DNA of 64,000 nucleotides from an uncultured delta proteobacterium (GTDB taxonomy: Bacteria; Desulfobacterota; RBG-13-43-22): contig CAWDKY010000017.1 of the NCBI GenBank assembly GCA_963802945.1, positions 288,001 to 352,000 on the forward strand, given 5' to 3'. Shown in pieces: positions 49,784 through 60,195 of the stretch. The first letter of the stretch is position 1. Each line of letters begins with the position of its first letter. The notes beneath the pieces were generated by a model, which saw only the letters and a list, made by a program, of their open reading frames with translations, was not told where the DNA came from and did no database searches. The position numbers were made by a program, and so were the translations under genes.

Positions 49784-50017
49784 ATGAAAAAGATCGAAGT
49801 ACTTGGAATGGGTTGCGCCAATTGCACTAAGTTATATCAAAATGTATTGGCAGCGGTCAAGCTGAGCGGTAATGAGGTAGAAGTTGCCAAGATTGAGGAT
49901 ATTCAAAAAATCATGTCCTATGGGGTGATGTCCACACCGGCTTTGGTCGTGGATGGTGTCGTCAAAGCCGTAGGCAAAATTCCGAAACCGGAAGAAATAA
50001 AGGAATGGATTAAATAA
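49784..50017 (+). CDS. Small thioredoxin-fold redox-active disulfide protein
   Basis: GMGCANC, YGVMSTPALVVDG. Confidence 0.9.
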   Translation: MKKIEVLGMGCANCTKLYQNVLAAVKLSGNEVEVAKIEDIQKIMSYGVMSTPALVVDGVVKAVGKIPKPEEIKEWIK

Positions 50018-50090
50018 AAATTGGATTATTTTTTATCTTAGCGTGGAATAAATCATTGCAAAAGATTCTGTATCTCTGAAGGAGGAAGAA

Positions 50091-51185
50091 ATGGAACAAG
50101 CCGTTGCTGTAAAGAAGTTATCTTTTCTGGATCGGTTTCTGACGCTGTGGATATTTTTGGCTATGTTTATTGGTGTAGGATCAGGATATCTCTATCCCAA
50201 AGTGGTTCATTTCTGGAATCTCTTCCAATATGACACTACAAATATCCCCATTGCCATCGGCCTAATCCTTATGATGTACCCTCCTTTAGCCAAGGTCAAG
50301 TATGAAGATCTGGGGGAAGTATTTAAAAATTATAAGGTACTTACGCTCTCTCTAGTCCAGAACTGGGTCATCGGCCCTATACTTATGTTCTTCCTGGCTA
50401 TTGTTTTTTTAGCTGGCTATCCTGAATACATGGTGGGCCTGATTATGATCGGCCTGGCCCGCTGCATCGCCATGGTCATCGTCTGGAATGAACTGGCCTC
50501 CGGGGACACCGAATACTGTGCCGGTCTGGTGGCCTTCAATTCCATCTTCCAGGTCCTTTTTTTCTCCCTCTATGCCTATATCTTTATCACCATCCTGCCG
50601 GGCTGGTTCGGCTTGAAAGGCACAGTAGTTGACATCTCCATCGGCCAGATCGCTAAAAGTGTATTTATCTATCTGGGCATCCCTTTTATCGCCGGGATCA
50701 TCACCCGATTCACCCTGATCAAAATCAAGGACAAGACCTGGTATCATGAAAAATTCATCCCCAAAATCAGCCCCATTACGCTGATCGCCCTGCTCTTTAC
50801 CATCATCGTCATGTTCTCCCTCAAGGGGGAATACATCGTCCAATTGCCCCTGGATGTGATGCGCATCGCCTTGCCCCTGGTCATTTATTTTGTGATCATG
50901 TTTTTCATTTCCTTTTATCTGTCCATAAAAGTCAAGGCAACTTACGAGCAGTCCGCCACCTTGAGTTTTACCGCTGCCTCTAATAATTTCGAGCTGGCCA
51001 TCGCCGTGGCCGTAGCAGTCTTTGGCATCAACTCCGGTGCGGCCTTTGCCGCCGTCATCGGCCCTCTGGTTGAAGTGCCGGTCCTGATCAGCCTGGTCAA
51101 TGTAGCCCTCTGGTTTAAGAAACAATATTTTCCCTATGCGCTGGAGACGCCCACCGGGGTGTGCCACGTCAGTTGTAAACCATGA
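50091..51185 (+). CDS. acr3: ACR3-family arsenite efflux transporter
   Basis: [44 protein letters not shown]. Confidence 0.96.
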   Translation: MEQAVAVKKLSFLDRFLTLWIFLAMFIGVGSGYLYPKVVHFWNLFQYDTTNIPIAIGLILMMYPPLAKVKYEDLGEVFKNYKVLTLSLVQNWVIGPILMFFLAIVFLAGYPEYMVGLIMIGLARCIAMVIVWNELASGDTEYCAGLVAFNSIFQVLFFSLYAYIFITILPGWFGLKGTVVDISIGQIAKSVFIYLGIPFIAGIITRFTLIKIKDKTWYHEKFIPKISPITLIALLFTIIVMFSLKGEYIVQLPLDVMRIALPLVIYFVIMFFISFYLSIKVKATYEQSATLSFTAASNNFELAIAVAVAVFGINSGAAFAAVIGPLVEVPVLISLVNVALWFKKQYFPYALETPTGVCHVSCKP

Positions 51186-51254
51186 GGCAGAAGTTAGGCC
51201 GGAGGAAATAGGCGAGAGGGAAAGAACCTCAAAGAAAAAAGACAGGGTATTTTC

Positions 51255-51686
51255 GTGAAGGAAAAACCGAAAATTCTTTTTCTATGCACCGGCAATTCCT
51301 GCCGGAGTCAAATGGCCGAGGCCTGGGCTCGAGCACTGAAGGGGGATCAGTTGGAGCCTTTTTCGGCCGGGATTCGACCCAAAGGAGTGGATCCGAGAGC
51401 GGTTACGGTCATGGCGGAAACGGGTATTAATATTTCTCACCAAAAAGCCAAAGATATAAATTCACTTGGTGATATGGAATTTGATTTCGTGGTGACCTTG
51501 TGCGACAACGCCCGGGAGTCCTGCCCCTTCTTTCCGGCAAAAACGAAATTACTCCATAGGGGTTTTGAGGATCCTCCGGTCCTGGCTGCTCAGGCCAAAA
51601 GCAATGATGAGGCCATGATACCTTATCGTCGAGTGCGGGATGAGATCAGGGCCTTTGTGGAAACGCTTCCCGACTCCTTGAAATAA
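51255..51686 (+). CDS. arsC: Arsenate reductase (LMW-PTP fold, thioredoxin-coupled)
   Basis: CTGNSCRSQMAE, LCD...CP.F, F.DP, RVRDEI. Confidence 0.95.
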   Translation: MKEKPKILFLCTGNSCRSQMAEAWARALKGDQLEPFSAGIRPKGVDPRAVTVMAETGINISHQKAKDINSLGDMEFDFVVTLCDNARESCPFFPAKTKLLHRGFEDPPVLAAQAKSNDEAMIPYRRVRDEIRAFVETLPDSLK

Positions 51687-51758
51687 GGGGATCTTAGAAA
51701 TCGTTAATTATACTTCCGGTCTTCTTTGCAAACATCCTTATCTTTTGAAGGGTTAAAA

Positions 51759-51966
51759 GTCGAGCAGCCCGGTTTGTCGCTGAAGGTTCAAGCCGGACAA
51801 TAAGGGAAGGAAAGCCGAGTTTAATAAAACCGATAAGGGCTGATGAGAGAACGCTGAAACTCGCAATCCAGGTCACGAGCCCGCAACCTTCGAAAACGCA
51901 ACCGCTCCTTACGAACACTTGAACCCCTTCTTCCAGCATCGGATAAAGCGAGCCCGGGACGCTGAC
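51759..51966. ncRNA. Candidate structured non-coding RNA, family and strand unassigned
   Basis: Nested long-range complementarity: CCCGG/CCGGG, TTTGTC/GATAAA, GCTG/CAGC, GGTTCAAG/CTTGAACC, TAAGG/CCTTA, CGAGTTT/AAACTCG. Confidence 0.5.
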
Positions 51967-52238
51967 GTAAAAAAATAGATCGTACTGTCATCTCTTCCGT
52001 TCATACCGTTCTCCTCTCGTAGAATGAAAATAATTCTATAATCCCGAGTAAGTAATTCCAAATCTGAATTTTAAAGCGCTACTCGAAATCATGGACTGAA
52101 TGAACTATTTCGGAGTTTACAGATTCCTCTTTTTTTAGTAAGAGGATACAACATAGTAAAATTTCGGATTGTGGAATGGAGACAAGCCTGAGGGCCTATG
52201 GGAAATGATAAAGTCTGAGATTGTGAAATGAAGAGGCC

Positions 52239-54362
52239 ATGAGGAAAATCGATTATCAAAAAAATCTGAACAAGGCCCAACTGGAAGCGGTTTTCGCTGC
52301 CCGACGGCCCGACCTTGATTATCGCCGGGGCCGGAAGCGGGAAAACCCGAACCCTGGTTTATCGGGTGGCCTGGTTGGTTGAAAACGGGATTCCACCGGA
52401 AAGGATACTCCTTCTGACCTTCACCCGCAAGGCCTCCCAGGAGATGCTTCATCGGGTGGAAGCAAATGCTTAACCGATCCTGCCAGGAAGTGGCCGGGGG
52501 GACTTTCCATTCTCTGGCCTATAAAATTTTGAGGATTTACGGGGAGGCTATCGGTCTTAAAAAACCTTTGACCGTCTTGGATCGAAAAGACAGCGAAGAT
52601 CTTGTTGGCAAGATCATCAAAACCAAAAAATGGGAGAAAGAGAAGGATACCCCGGGCAAAAAAGAATTTATGGAACTGCTTAGCCGTTTGGTCAACCGGG
52701 GGCAAACCTTCGAAGATGGACTCTCCAATTTTTATTTCGAGAATGGGACTTCTCGATCGCCAAGCTCAAGGAAATACACACAGACTATGAAGATTTTAAA
52801 AGACAGCACGGCCTGTTGGATTATGACGACCTTTTAACCCAATGCCTGCTTCTTTTCCGACAGGAATCCAGGGTAGTCCGGAAATTATCCTCTTTTTATC
52901 AGTATGTCCTGGTGGATGAATATCAGGATACCAACCTGCTTCAGGCCGAAATGGTCCGTCACCTGGCCCAGGGGAACATTATGGTGGTGGGTGACGATTC
53001 CCAATCCATCTACGGATTTCGCGGCGCTCACTTTAAAAATATCTTCGATTTTCCCAACCAATTTCCCGGGACCCGGGTGATCAAGCTGGAAGAAAATTTT
53101 AGAAGTTCTCAGCCGATTCTGAACCTGGCCAACCGGATGATCAGTTCTTCCAAGGAACAATACAGCAAATGTCTCTTTTCCCGTTTTAAAAAAGGGGAGC
53201 CTCCTTACTGTATCGAACTGCCTTACGAAGAAGCCCAGTCTCAATTTGTCTCCCAGCAACTTCAGGAATTTCATGACCAGGGGATCCCCTGGCCGGAAAT
53301 GGCCGTTCTTTTTCGGGCCGGTCACCATTCATTCAATCTGGAGGTTTTTCTCCAAAAGGAGGGCATTCCTTTCAAGAAATACGGGGGACGTCGTTTTATC
53401 GAAGGGGCGCATATTAAAGATTTTTTGTCCTATTTAAAAGTGGTCCATAACCCCAGGGATGTTCTGGCCTGGGAAAGGATTTTGAAACTTCTGGAAGGCC
53501 TGGGTCCCAAAAGGGCTCAGGAGATCATAAGACAAGTGATGGGTTGTTCGGACTGGGGAGCAAGGCTGACCTGTCTTTCGAGCTATCCCCGTTTGAAATC
53601 CCAGCTTAAGGATTTTTCCGCTTTGTTTCAGGGATTGGTCGAGCAACCTCTATTGACCCCGACTCAGGCCTTGGAGTCGATCTGGGAGTATTATAAAAAT
53701 CTTCTGCCCGGCCTGTACGAAGAACCCCAGCGAAGAGAAAAAGAGATCGAAGAAATTATTCGACTCAGTTATAATTATTCCGAGACGGAGGCCTTGCTGG
53801 GGGATTTGAGCCTGGAGGTCTATGAAGAGCCGGAAGATCGGGAAGAAGATTGCTTGACCCTGTCCACAGTTCATTCGGCCAAGGGTCTGGAGTGGAGGAT
53901 CGTCTTTATCATTTGGCTTACGGAAGGCCGGTTTCCTTCATCCCAGTCCATGATGGACCCCGAGGAAATGGAAGAAGAAAGACGTTTACTCTATGTGGCC
54001 ATCACCCGGGCCAAGGAGAGACTTTTTTTGACTTACCCTCAGGCCCTTTCTTATAGAGGCGGAGGCTGGCAGAAGAATGACCTGTGTCATTTTATCGCCG
54101 ATATTCCCGAAGATCTGCTGCCGAGAAAGGGGGAGGCCGGTTCTTAATCATTCAAACGAGAGTTATTCGCCTCAGGTTAGTGAAATTTCCCAAAGAAAAT
54201 GATGACGGTTTTTCAATGGGGACGAAAGTCTTTCATCCCATCTTCGGCAACGGGGTAATCCAAGAGCCTCCGAAAGAGAGAAAGGTCCGGGTTCTTTTTA
54301 AACGCTATGGGTCCAAGGTGTTGCACCTGGATTATGCCCGTTTGGAAAAGGGGGATGCCTGA
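52239..54362 (+). CDS. ATP-dependent DNA helicase PcrA/UvrD family; about four frameshifts (near 52295, 52460, 52745, 54130)
   Basis: [65 protein letters not shown]-terminal Tudor-like VFHPIFG.G. Confidence 0.88.
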
Positions 54363-54363
54363 T

Positions 54364-55827
54364 ATGGCGGGCCTTCCTTTTGAACGGTTAAGCTATGACC
54401 AAGGCTATGATCAAGCCCTGTCCCACTTGTATCATTTACAAAAATTTGGGATCAAATTCGGTCTGTCCAAAACCGAAAATTTACTTAAGGCCTTTAATAA
54501 TCCTCATCAGGCGCTGAACTGTATTCATATCGCCGGTACCAACGGCAAGGGTTCGGTTGCAGCCATGTTGTCATCCATTTACAGCCTTGCCGGTTATAAA
54601 GTCGGATTGTTTACTTCCCCTCATCTGGTTGATTTTCGGGAACGTTTTCAGATCAACGGCCGGATGATCTCCAAGGCCCAAACCCTTAAGCTGATCAGGG
54701 AGATCAAAGAAAAGGTCAAGGCTGAAGAACCTCCTACTTTTTTTGAGTTCGTAACGGCCATGGCCCTGATCTATTTTTTTCGGTGAAAGAGTTGATCTGG
54801 CTGTTATGGAAACAGGTCTGGGGGGAAGATTGGACGCCACGAATATTATAAAACCCCTGATAACGGTCATCACCAACATCTCGTTGGAGCATCAGGACCA
54901 TCTGGGAAGGACCCTTGAAAAAATTGCCCAGGAAAAGGCCGGAATCATTAAATCGGGAGTGCCTTTGGTAACCGGTATCGGACAAAAAAAAATCCAGGAA
55001 CAGATCGAAAGTATTTGCCGGGAAAGACAGGCCCCGATGGTTTTGGCCGGCCGGGATTTCAGGGCGAGAAAAGTGAAGCAACGGGATCTTTAATTATTTT
55101 GGAATACCGACAGATCGGTTCGGAGTTCGAAGTTCGGAGTTTGGAGTGGGAAAGGATACAAGGAACAAAAGGAATAATGCAAAAAAGACAAAAGACGAAG
55201 GACGAGGGACGATGAAACAGTTATCGGTTGCTCCGCAATCCGCGATCCGCCAATCCCCAATTAAAAGGGCTTCATTTGGCTCTGCTGGGTGATCATCAGA
55301 TCAAAAACGCCGGATTGGCGTTGGCCGTGGTTGAATTGTTGCAGGAAAAATACCCTGTCCCGGATGGAAAAATAAGGGCAGGTCTGAACAAGGTGACCTG
55401 GCCGGGAAGGATGGAGGTGTTGTCCGAAAGACCATGGATCGTCCTGGATGGGGCCCATAACCCTGGGGCCATGAGAGCCTTGGCCGAAGCCCTTTCCAAG
55501 GTCTTTTCTTTTAAAAAATTATTAATAGTTTTCGGCATGATGAAGGATAAGAACATCAAACAAACCCTGAATTGTTTAATCCCCCTGGCCGACCAGCTTA
55601 TTTTGACCCGGGCCGAATATGACCGTTCGGCTGACCCGGAATATTTAAAGCGAATTATCAAAGGTAATCGAAGGCGCACGCTTGTTGTTCCTGACATCCC
55701 TTTGGCCGTAGCCCAGGCTCTGCAAGAGGCCGGCCCGGAGGATTTAATACTCATTACCGGGTCGCTTTTTGTGGTTGGTGAGGCCCGGGCCTGGTGGGAG
55801 AGAAGCGGGCGATCCTTTAAACCATAA
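54364..55827 (+). CDS. folC: Folylpolyglutamate/dihydrofolate synthase; several frameshifts and a repeat-rich insertion
   Basis: HIAGTNGKGS, FTSPHL, TFFE, ETGLGGRLDATN, EKAGI, HQ.KNA, WPGR.E, DGAHNP, TGSLF.VG. Confidence 0.9.
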
Positions 55828-55940
55828 TCTTATTTGAGTATTGACAAGGGGCTTAAGTTATGTAATTAATAATATTAGATTCCGGTTTTCAGCGGAATAT
55901 TAAACAAGAAGAATCCGACTTTTTTTCGGATAAATAAACC

Positions 55941-57647
55941 ATGCAAAAAGAAAAAAAGAGATTAGGGGATATCTTAATCCAGGCCGGCATGATTACTCCG
56001 GATCAGTTGACTGTGGCCATAGAAGCCCAAAAAGGGACCAAAGAGCGGTTGGGGAAGTCCTTGATCCGCTTAGGCTTCATCACCGAAGAAAACTTAATTA
56101 AAACACTGGCCCATCAGCTCAAGCTCAATTATGTCAACCTCAAAGAGGAAAAAATAGACCGTTCGTTGGCCAAGCTAATCCCCGAAAAGGTGGCCAGAAG
56201 ACATTTAGTGGTCCCTTTGGCCCAGATGGGCCAAGTCCTCATGGTGGCCATGGCCGATCCTTTAAATATCTTTGCCCTGGATGACCTGGCTTTTAAAACC
56301 GGTTTGGAGATTGAGCCGGTGATTGCTTCTGAACAAGATATTCTTACTGCCTTGGAAACACTCTATGAGACCTCTTTGATGGACAAGATCGAAACGGCCC
56401 CTGAAGATTTACAAATCTATGCCGATGAAGAGGAGTCAACCGAAACAGGAGGTGAAGAGGGGGCCATTATTGATGAAGGCCCGATCAGTCAATTAGTCAA
56501 TTTAATTATCTCTGAAGCGATTAAAGAACGAGCCAGCGACATCCATTTAGAGCCGGACGAGAGGGCCTTGCGGATTCGGTACCGCGTCGATGGTATTTTA
56601 AAGGAAACCTCCTCTTTGGGACCTAAATTTATTGCCCCCGTCATTTCCCGAATCAAGATCATGAGTAAAATGGATATCTCCGAAAAGCGTTTTCCGCAAG
56701 ACGGTCGCTTTAAGTTCACCATGGATAACCAGGTGATCGATTCCCGGGTTTCGACCTTCCCGACTATTTATGGGGAAAATGTGGTCATGCGAATCCTGGA
56801 TCAATCCAGCATTATCATTAGTCTTGAAGACCTGGGTTTTCTCCCTCGGGACATGGAAAAGGTCAGGTATTTGATTCAAAAACCCTATGGATTTATTTTA
56901 GTTACCGGACCAACCGGCAGCGGCAAGACCACTACTTTATATGCTGTTTTAAATACCATTAACTCGCCGGAAAAACATTTTGTTACCCTTGAGGATCCGG
57001 TGGAGTACCGTTTGGATATGATTCGTCAGTGCCAAATCAACATCAAGGCCGGGCTGACCTTTGCCGCAGGTTTACGTTCCATCCTCAGGCAAGATCCGGA
57101 CGCGATCATGGTGGGAGAGATCCGGGATTTTGAAACAGCGGAAATCGCCATTCAATCCGCCCTGACCGGCCACTTGGTCCTTTCAACCCTCCACACCAAC
57201 GATGCCCCCAGTTCCTTGATTCGGTTAGCCGATATGGGAGTGGATGCCTTCTTGATCTCCTCTTCCGTGGAAGGGGTCATTGCCCAACGATTAGTACGGC
57301 TCATTTGTTCCCGCTGCAAAGAACCCTACACCGCTTCTGAAGCGGAGCTCAAAGAATTAAGACTTTCAACCGATCAAGAGGTAGTCTTGCATCGAGGAAA
57401 GGGGTGTTCCTTCTGTAAAGGATCCGGCTATAAGGGCCGGCTGGGGATTTTTGAAATTTTAGTAGTGGACAAAGAGCTGAAAGAGATGATCATTCAGAAA
57501 GCAAACCAACGCGAAATCGAAGAGTATGCCCGCCTGAAACAAGAGATGAAGTCCTTACGGGAAGACGGGATCACCAAAGTGTTGGCCGGGATCACTACGG
57601 TGGAGGAACTTAACCGGGTGACCCCCAAGGAAGCAACGTATGTCTGA
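55941..57647 (+). CDS. pilB: Type IV pilus/T2SS assembly ATPase with N-terminal MshEN c-di-GMP-binding motifs
   Basis: RLGDIL..AG.IT..QL..A..Q..RLG..L..LG, ASDIH.EP, GPTGSGKTT, LRQDPD, C..C zinc pairs. Confidence 0.9.
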   Translation: MQKEKKRLGDILIQAGMITPDQLTVAIEAQKGTKERLGKSLIRLGFITEENLIKTLAHQLKLNYVNLKEEKIDRSLAKLIPEKVARRHLVVPLAQMGQVLMVAMADPLNIFALDDLAFKTGLEIEPVIASEQDILTALETLYETSLMDKIETAPEDLQIYADEEESTETGGEEGAIIDEGPISQLVNLIISEAIKERASDIHLEPDERALRIRYRVDGILKETSSLGPKFIAPVISRIKIMSKMDISEKRFPQDGRFKFTMDNQVIDSRVSTFPTIYGENVVMRILDQSSIIISLEDLGFLPRDMEKVRYLIQKPYGFILVTGPTGSGKTTTLYAVLNTINSPEKHFVTLEDPVEYRLDMIRQCQINIKAGLTFAAGLRSILRQDPDAIMVGEIRDFETAEIAIQSALTGHLVLSTLHTNDAPSSLIRLADMGVDAFLISSSVEGVIAQRLVRLICSRCKEPYTASEAELKELRLSTDQEVVLHRGKGCSFCKGSGYKGRLGIFEILVVDKELKEMIIQKANQREIEEYARLKQEMKSLREDGITKVLAGITTVEELNRVTPKEATYV

Positions 57648-57844
57648 CCAGCCGAGGAAAATGGGTCTCGCCTCAAAGGGGTGGGAGTGAGCCGAGATGT
57701 GGGGCGAACAAAAAAGACCATCTGCAAAGCATAAAAAAGGATTCAAGGAATCCCGGGGTCAAGGACCGCAGGGCGGAGTGAAAGGCTTAGAAATTAAAAC
57801 CCTTGAACCCTCGAATCCTGGAATCCTCGAACCCTATTTTCGTT

Positions 57845-58273
57845 TTAAATATTTTTCAGGCAAACGCCCTTTTCTTCCTGGATGTGTTCCAGGACCTTGG
57901 TCATATGGGTTTCATCTTGAAATTCTTCGAAGTGTTTTAAGAAAAGGGGCTTTACTTTTGGATAGTCCGATTCCTGAAAAAAACGGGTTACGGGGACGAG
58001 GACACCCTCATTTTTCAGAAAGAAATAAAGGGTAATTTTGTGAACCGGAATCCACTCAACATGGACAAGGCTGGCCTGTTTTCTTTCGAATTCTTTTTGA
58101 GGTATCCAAAGATAAATGTCCTCTTCCGAGACGGTTACTTCATATTGGTTGGAAATATAATACTTCCATAAATCAAACTCTTGATAAGGGATGAACCGGG
58201 CTTCGGCTTTTTTCTTGGCGCCCTTTTTCTTGGAAAGAAGACATTGGACCAATTTGATAGCATCTTTCGTCAT
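57845..58273 (-). CDS. Hypothetical protein
   Basis: 142 aa ORF with AGGAGG RBS, antisense between pilB and pilC. Confidence 0.65.
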   Translation of the reverse strand: MTKDAIKLVQCLLSKKKGAKKKAEARFIPYQEFDLWKYYISNQYEVTVSEEDIYLWIPQKEFERKQASLVHVEWIPVHKITLYFFLKNEGVLVPVTRFFQESDYPKVKPLFLKHFEEFQDETHMTKVLEHIQEEKGVCLKNI

Positions 58274-58351
58274 AAGGCATCCTCCTTATTAAGACTTATT
58301 TAACACATCTTAATAGTTTAAATCAAGGATTTATTTGGTAGAGGCCGAGCA

Positions 58352-59620
58352 ATGCCCCAATTCTTTTATAAAGCCAGAGATCGAGGGGGGAAACTCATTA
58401 CCGGGCAGATGGAAGGTCCTAACCGGGCCGATATCGCCAGCCAGATCGGGGGCATGGGATATATCCCGGTACAAATACAGGCCACGGCAGGAAAAGCAGT
58501 CCCGAGCTCAGCAGGACCGAAGGAAGCGGCGGGTTTGGGAAAAGAAATATCCTTTGCTTTTTTGGATAAATTCAAAAAGGTTAAGCCCAAAGAACTTTTG
58601 TTTTTCACCAGCCAATTGGCAACGGTAATGCGGGCCGGTATCCCCATTACCACCGGCCTCTCCATTCTTGCCGAACAAAGTAAAAACCCTCTGTTGAGAG
58701 ATGCCCTCCTGGATGTTTTGGAACGGGTAAAGGAGGGAGACCCTTTATCCGTCGCCCTCTCTCGCTATCCTAAAATATTTTCAGTTATTTATATACACAT
58801 GGTTCAGGCCGGAGAAGCTTCCGGAAAGCTGGATGAAGTCCTGAACCGGATCGTTTTCTTTTTAGAAAACGAAATAGAGACTAAGGCCCGTATTAAAGCG
58901 GCCACCCGATATCCCAAGATAGTCATAGGAGGCCTGATCGGGGCCTTTTTCTTTGCCGTTTATTTCATCATTCCTAAATTTTCCATTATGTTTAAAGGGT
59001 TTAAGACCACGCTGCCCCTGCCCACCCGCATGATGCTGGTCATGAATTATTATTTTTCCACTTACTGGTATCTGATTTTTGGGGTGATTATCGGGGTAAT
59101 CGCCGGATTCCAATGGTTTATTCGAACCGAAGCCGGTAGATTAGTTTTCGATCGATTCAAAATTCAGATGCCGATCATCGGACCTCTTAATACTAAGATT
59201 GCCATGTCCCGATTTACCCGGATGTTTGTAACCTTAAACCGCAGCGGTCTTCCGATGCTGGAGACCCTGGCTATTTCCGCTTCTACGGTGGGAAATGTTT
59301 TTATCTCCAATATTATTATGACCATTCAACAATCGGTCAAGGAAGGGGGGACTTTATCGGAGAAAATGAAAGACAAATCCATATTCCCTCCTTTGGTTTA
59401 CCAGATGTTTTCTGTGGGGGAGTCCTCCGGCACCCTGGATGAGATTGTGGAAAAGGTCTCTGAATTTTATGATAAGGAAGTGGATACGGCCATCAAAACT
59501 TTCTCTTCCCTGATCGAACCCTTTATCATTGTTCTCATGGGAGGCATGCTTGCTTTCCTGGCCTTGGCCGTTTTCATGCCCATGTGGGACATGGGCAAAA
59601 TGGTCAAAGGTGGGGGATAG
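58352..59620 (+). CDS. pilC: Type IV pilus/T2SS inner-membrane platform protein (PilC/GspF/MshG)
   Basis: F.YKARD..G, AGEASG.LD, YP, LPLPT, GE.SG.LD, LIEP. Confidence 0.92.
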   Translation: MPQFFYKARDRGGKLITGQMEGPNRADIASQIGGMGYIPVQIQATAGKAVPSSAGPKEAAGLGKEISFAFLDKFKKVKPKELLFFTSQLATVMRAGIPITTGLSILAEQSKNPLLRDALLDVLERVKEGDPLSVALSRYPKIFSVIYIHMVQAGEASGKLDEVLNRIVFFLENEIETKARIKAATRYPKIVIGGLIGAFFFAVYFIIPKFSIMFKGFKTTLPLPTRMMLVMNYYFSTYWYLIFGVIIGVIAGFQWFIRTEAGRLVFDRFKIQMPIIGPLNTKIAMSRFTRMFVTLNRSGLPMLETLAISASTVGNVFISNIIMTIQQSVKEGGTLSEKMKDKSIFPPLVYQMFSVGESSGTLDEIVEKVSEFYDKEVDTAIKTFSSLIEPFIIVLMGGMLAFLALAVFMPMWDMGKMVKGGG

Positions 59621-59785
59621 GGGGGGATCTTTTTTACTTGAATTAATTATTGGATGTGTTATAAGCATCGACTAATGATATTATTTGAAACGTAGGATCA
59701 ATCTGTTTGCGGGAAGTTATTATACAATATAAGAATCGGCATCAAAAATTATTCATTGTCATGTTAGGCGAAAGGAGGTGAAAAA

Positions 59786-60139
59786 ATGATTAAAAATCAA
59801 AAAGGTTTTACCATGATCGAATTGATCATCGTCATTGTCATCATCGGCATCTTGGCCGCCGTAGCTATTCCAAGATACATCGACATGACTGCTAAGGCCA
59901 ATGCAGCCGCTGCCAACGGGATGACCGGTGGCTTGAAGGCCGCTGCAGCTATTGCCTATGCCGATTACGTAGTTAACAGTACCGCCACCTCGGGCCTTAC
60001 CCCGACCGTCGTGCTTACCTATATGTCTGATACCGGCGGGGCGGTGGCAAATGCGACCGGTTTTGCAGCGACCATCGGCAGCACAATCTATACCTGGGCA
60101 TTTACTAACCCGAATCAGGTTTCCACCCATACCCCCTAA
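59786..60139 (+). CDS. Type IV major pilin (MshA-like)
   Basis: Class III signal KG|FTMIELIIVIVIIGILAAVAIP, strong RBS AGGAGGT, own terminator. Confidence 0.93.
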   Translation: MIKNQKGFTMIELIIVIVIIGILAAVAIPRYIDMTAKANAAAANGMTGGLKAAAAIAYADYVVNSTATSGLTPTVVLTYMSDTGGAVANATGFAATIGSTIYTWAFTNPNQVSTHTP

Positions 60140-60159
60140 CTTATTTTAGAGGAGTATCT

Positions 60160-60195
60160 AAAAGGGCCGTACCCTCTTCTTGCGGCCCTTTTTTT
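60160..60195 (+). terminator. Rho-independent terminator after pilin
   Basis: AAAAGGGCCGTA...TGCGGCCCTTTT followed by T-run. Confidence 0.85.

Noticed and set aside
50409-51167. Long antisense ORFs (also 11071-11715, 32130-32918, 2194-2760, 34757-35287)
   Set aside because: Shadows of well-supported genes on the opposite strand with no recognisable motifs.
51837-51885. CTGATGA...GAAAC resembling a hammerhead ribozyme core
   Set aside because: Stem II is barely paired and the required GUH cleavage triplet is absent after stem III (CGAGCC rather than CGAGUH).
54784-54786. TGA ending the first folC fragment as possible Sec
   Set aside because: The gene continues in a different frame after a T homopolymer; FolC has no conserved Cys here; explained by a one-base indel.
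59786-60139. Pilin as a conductive e-pilin
   Set aside because: Mature length 110 aa with 9 F/Y/W (about 8%), lacks Y27 and has long aromatic-free gaps; looks MshA-like instead.
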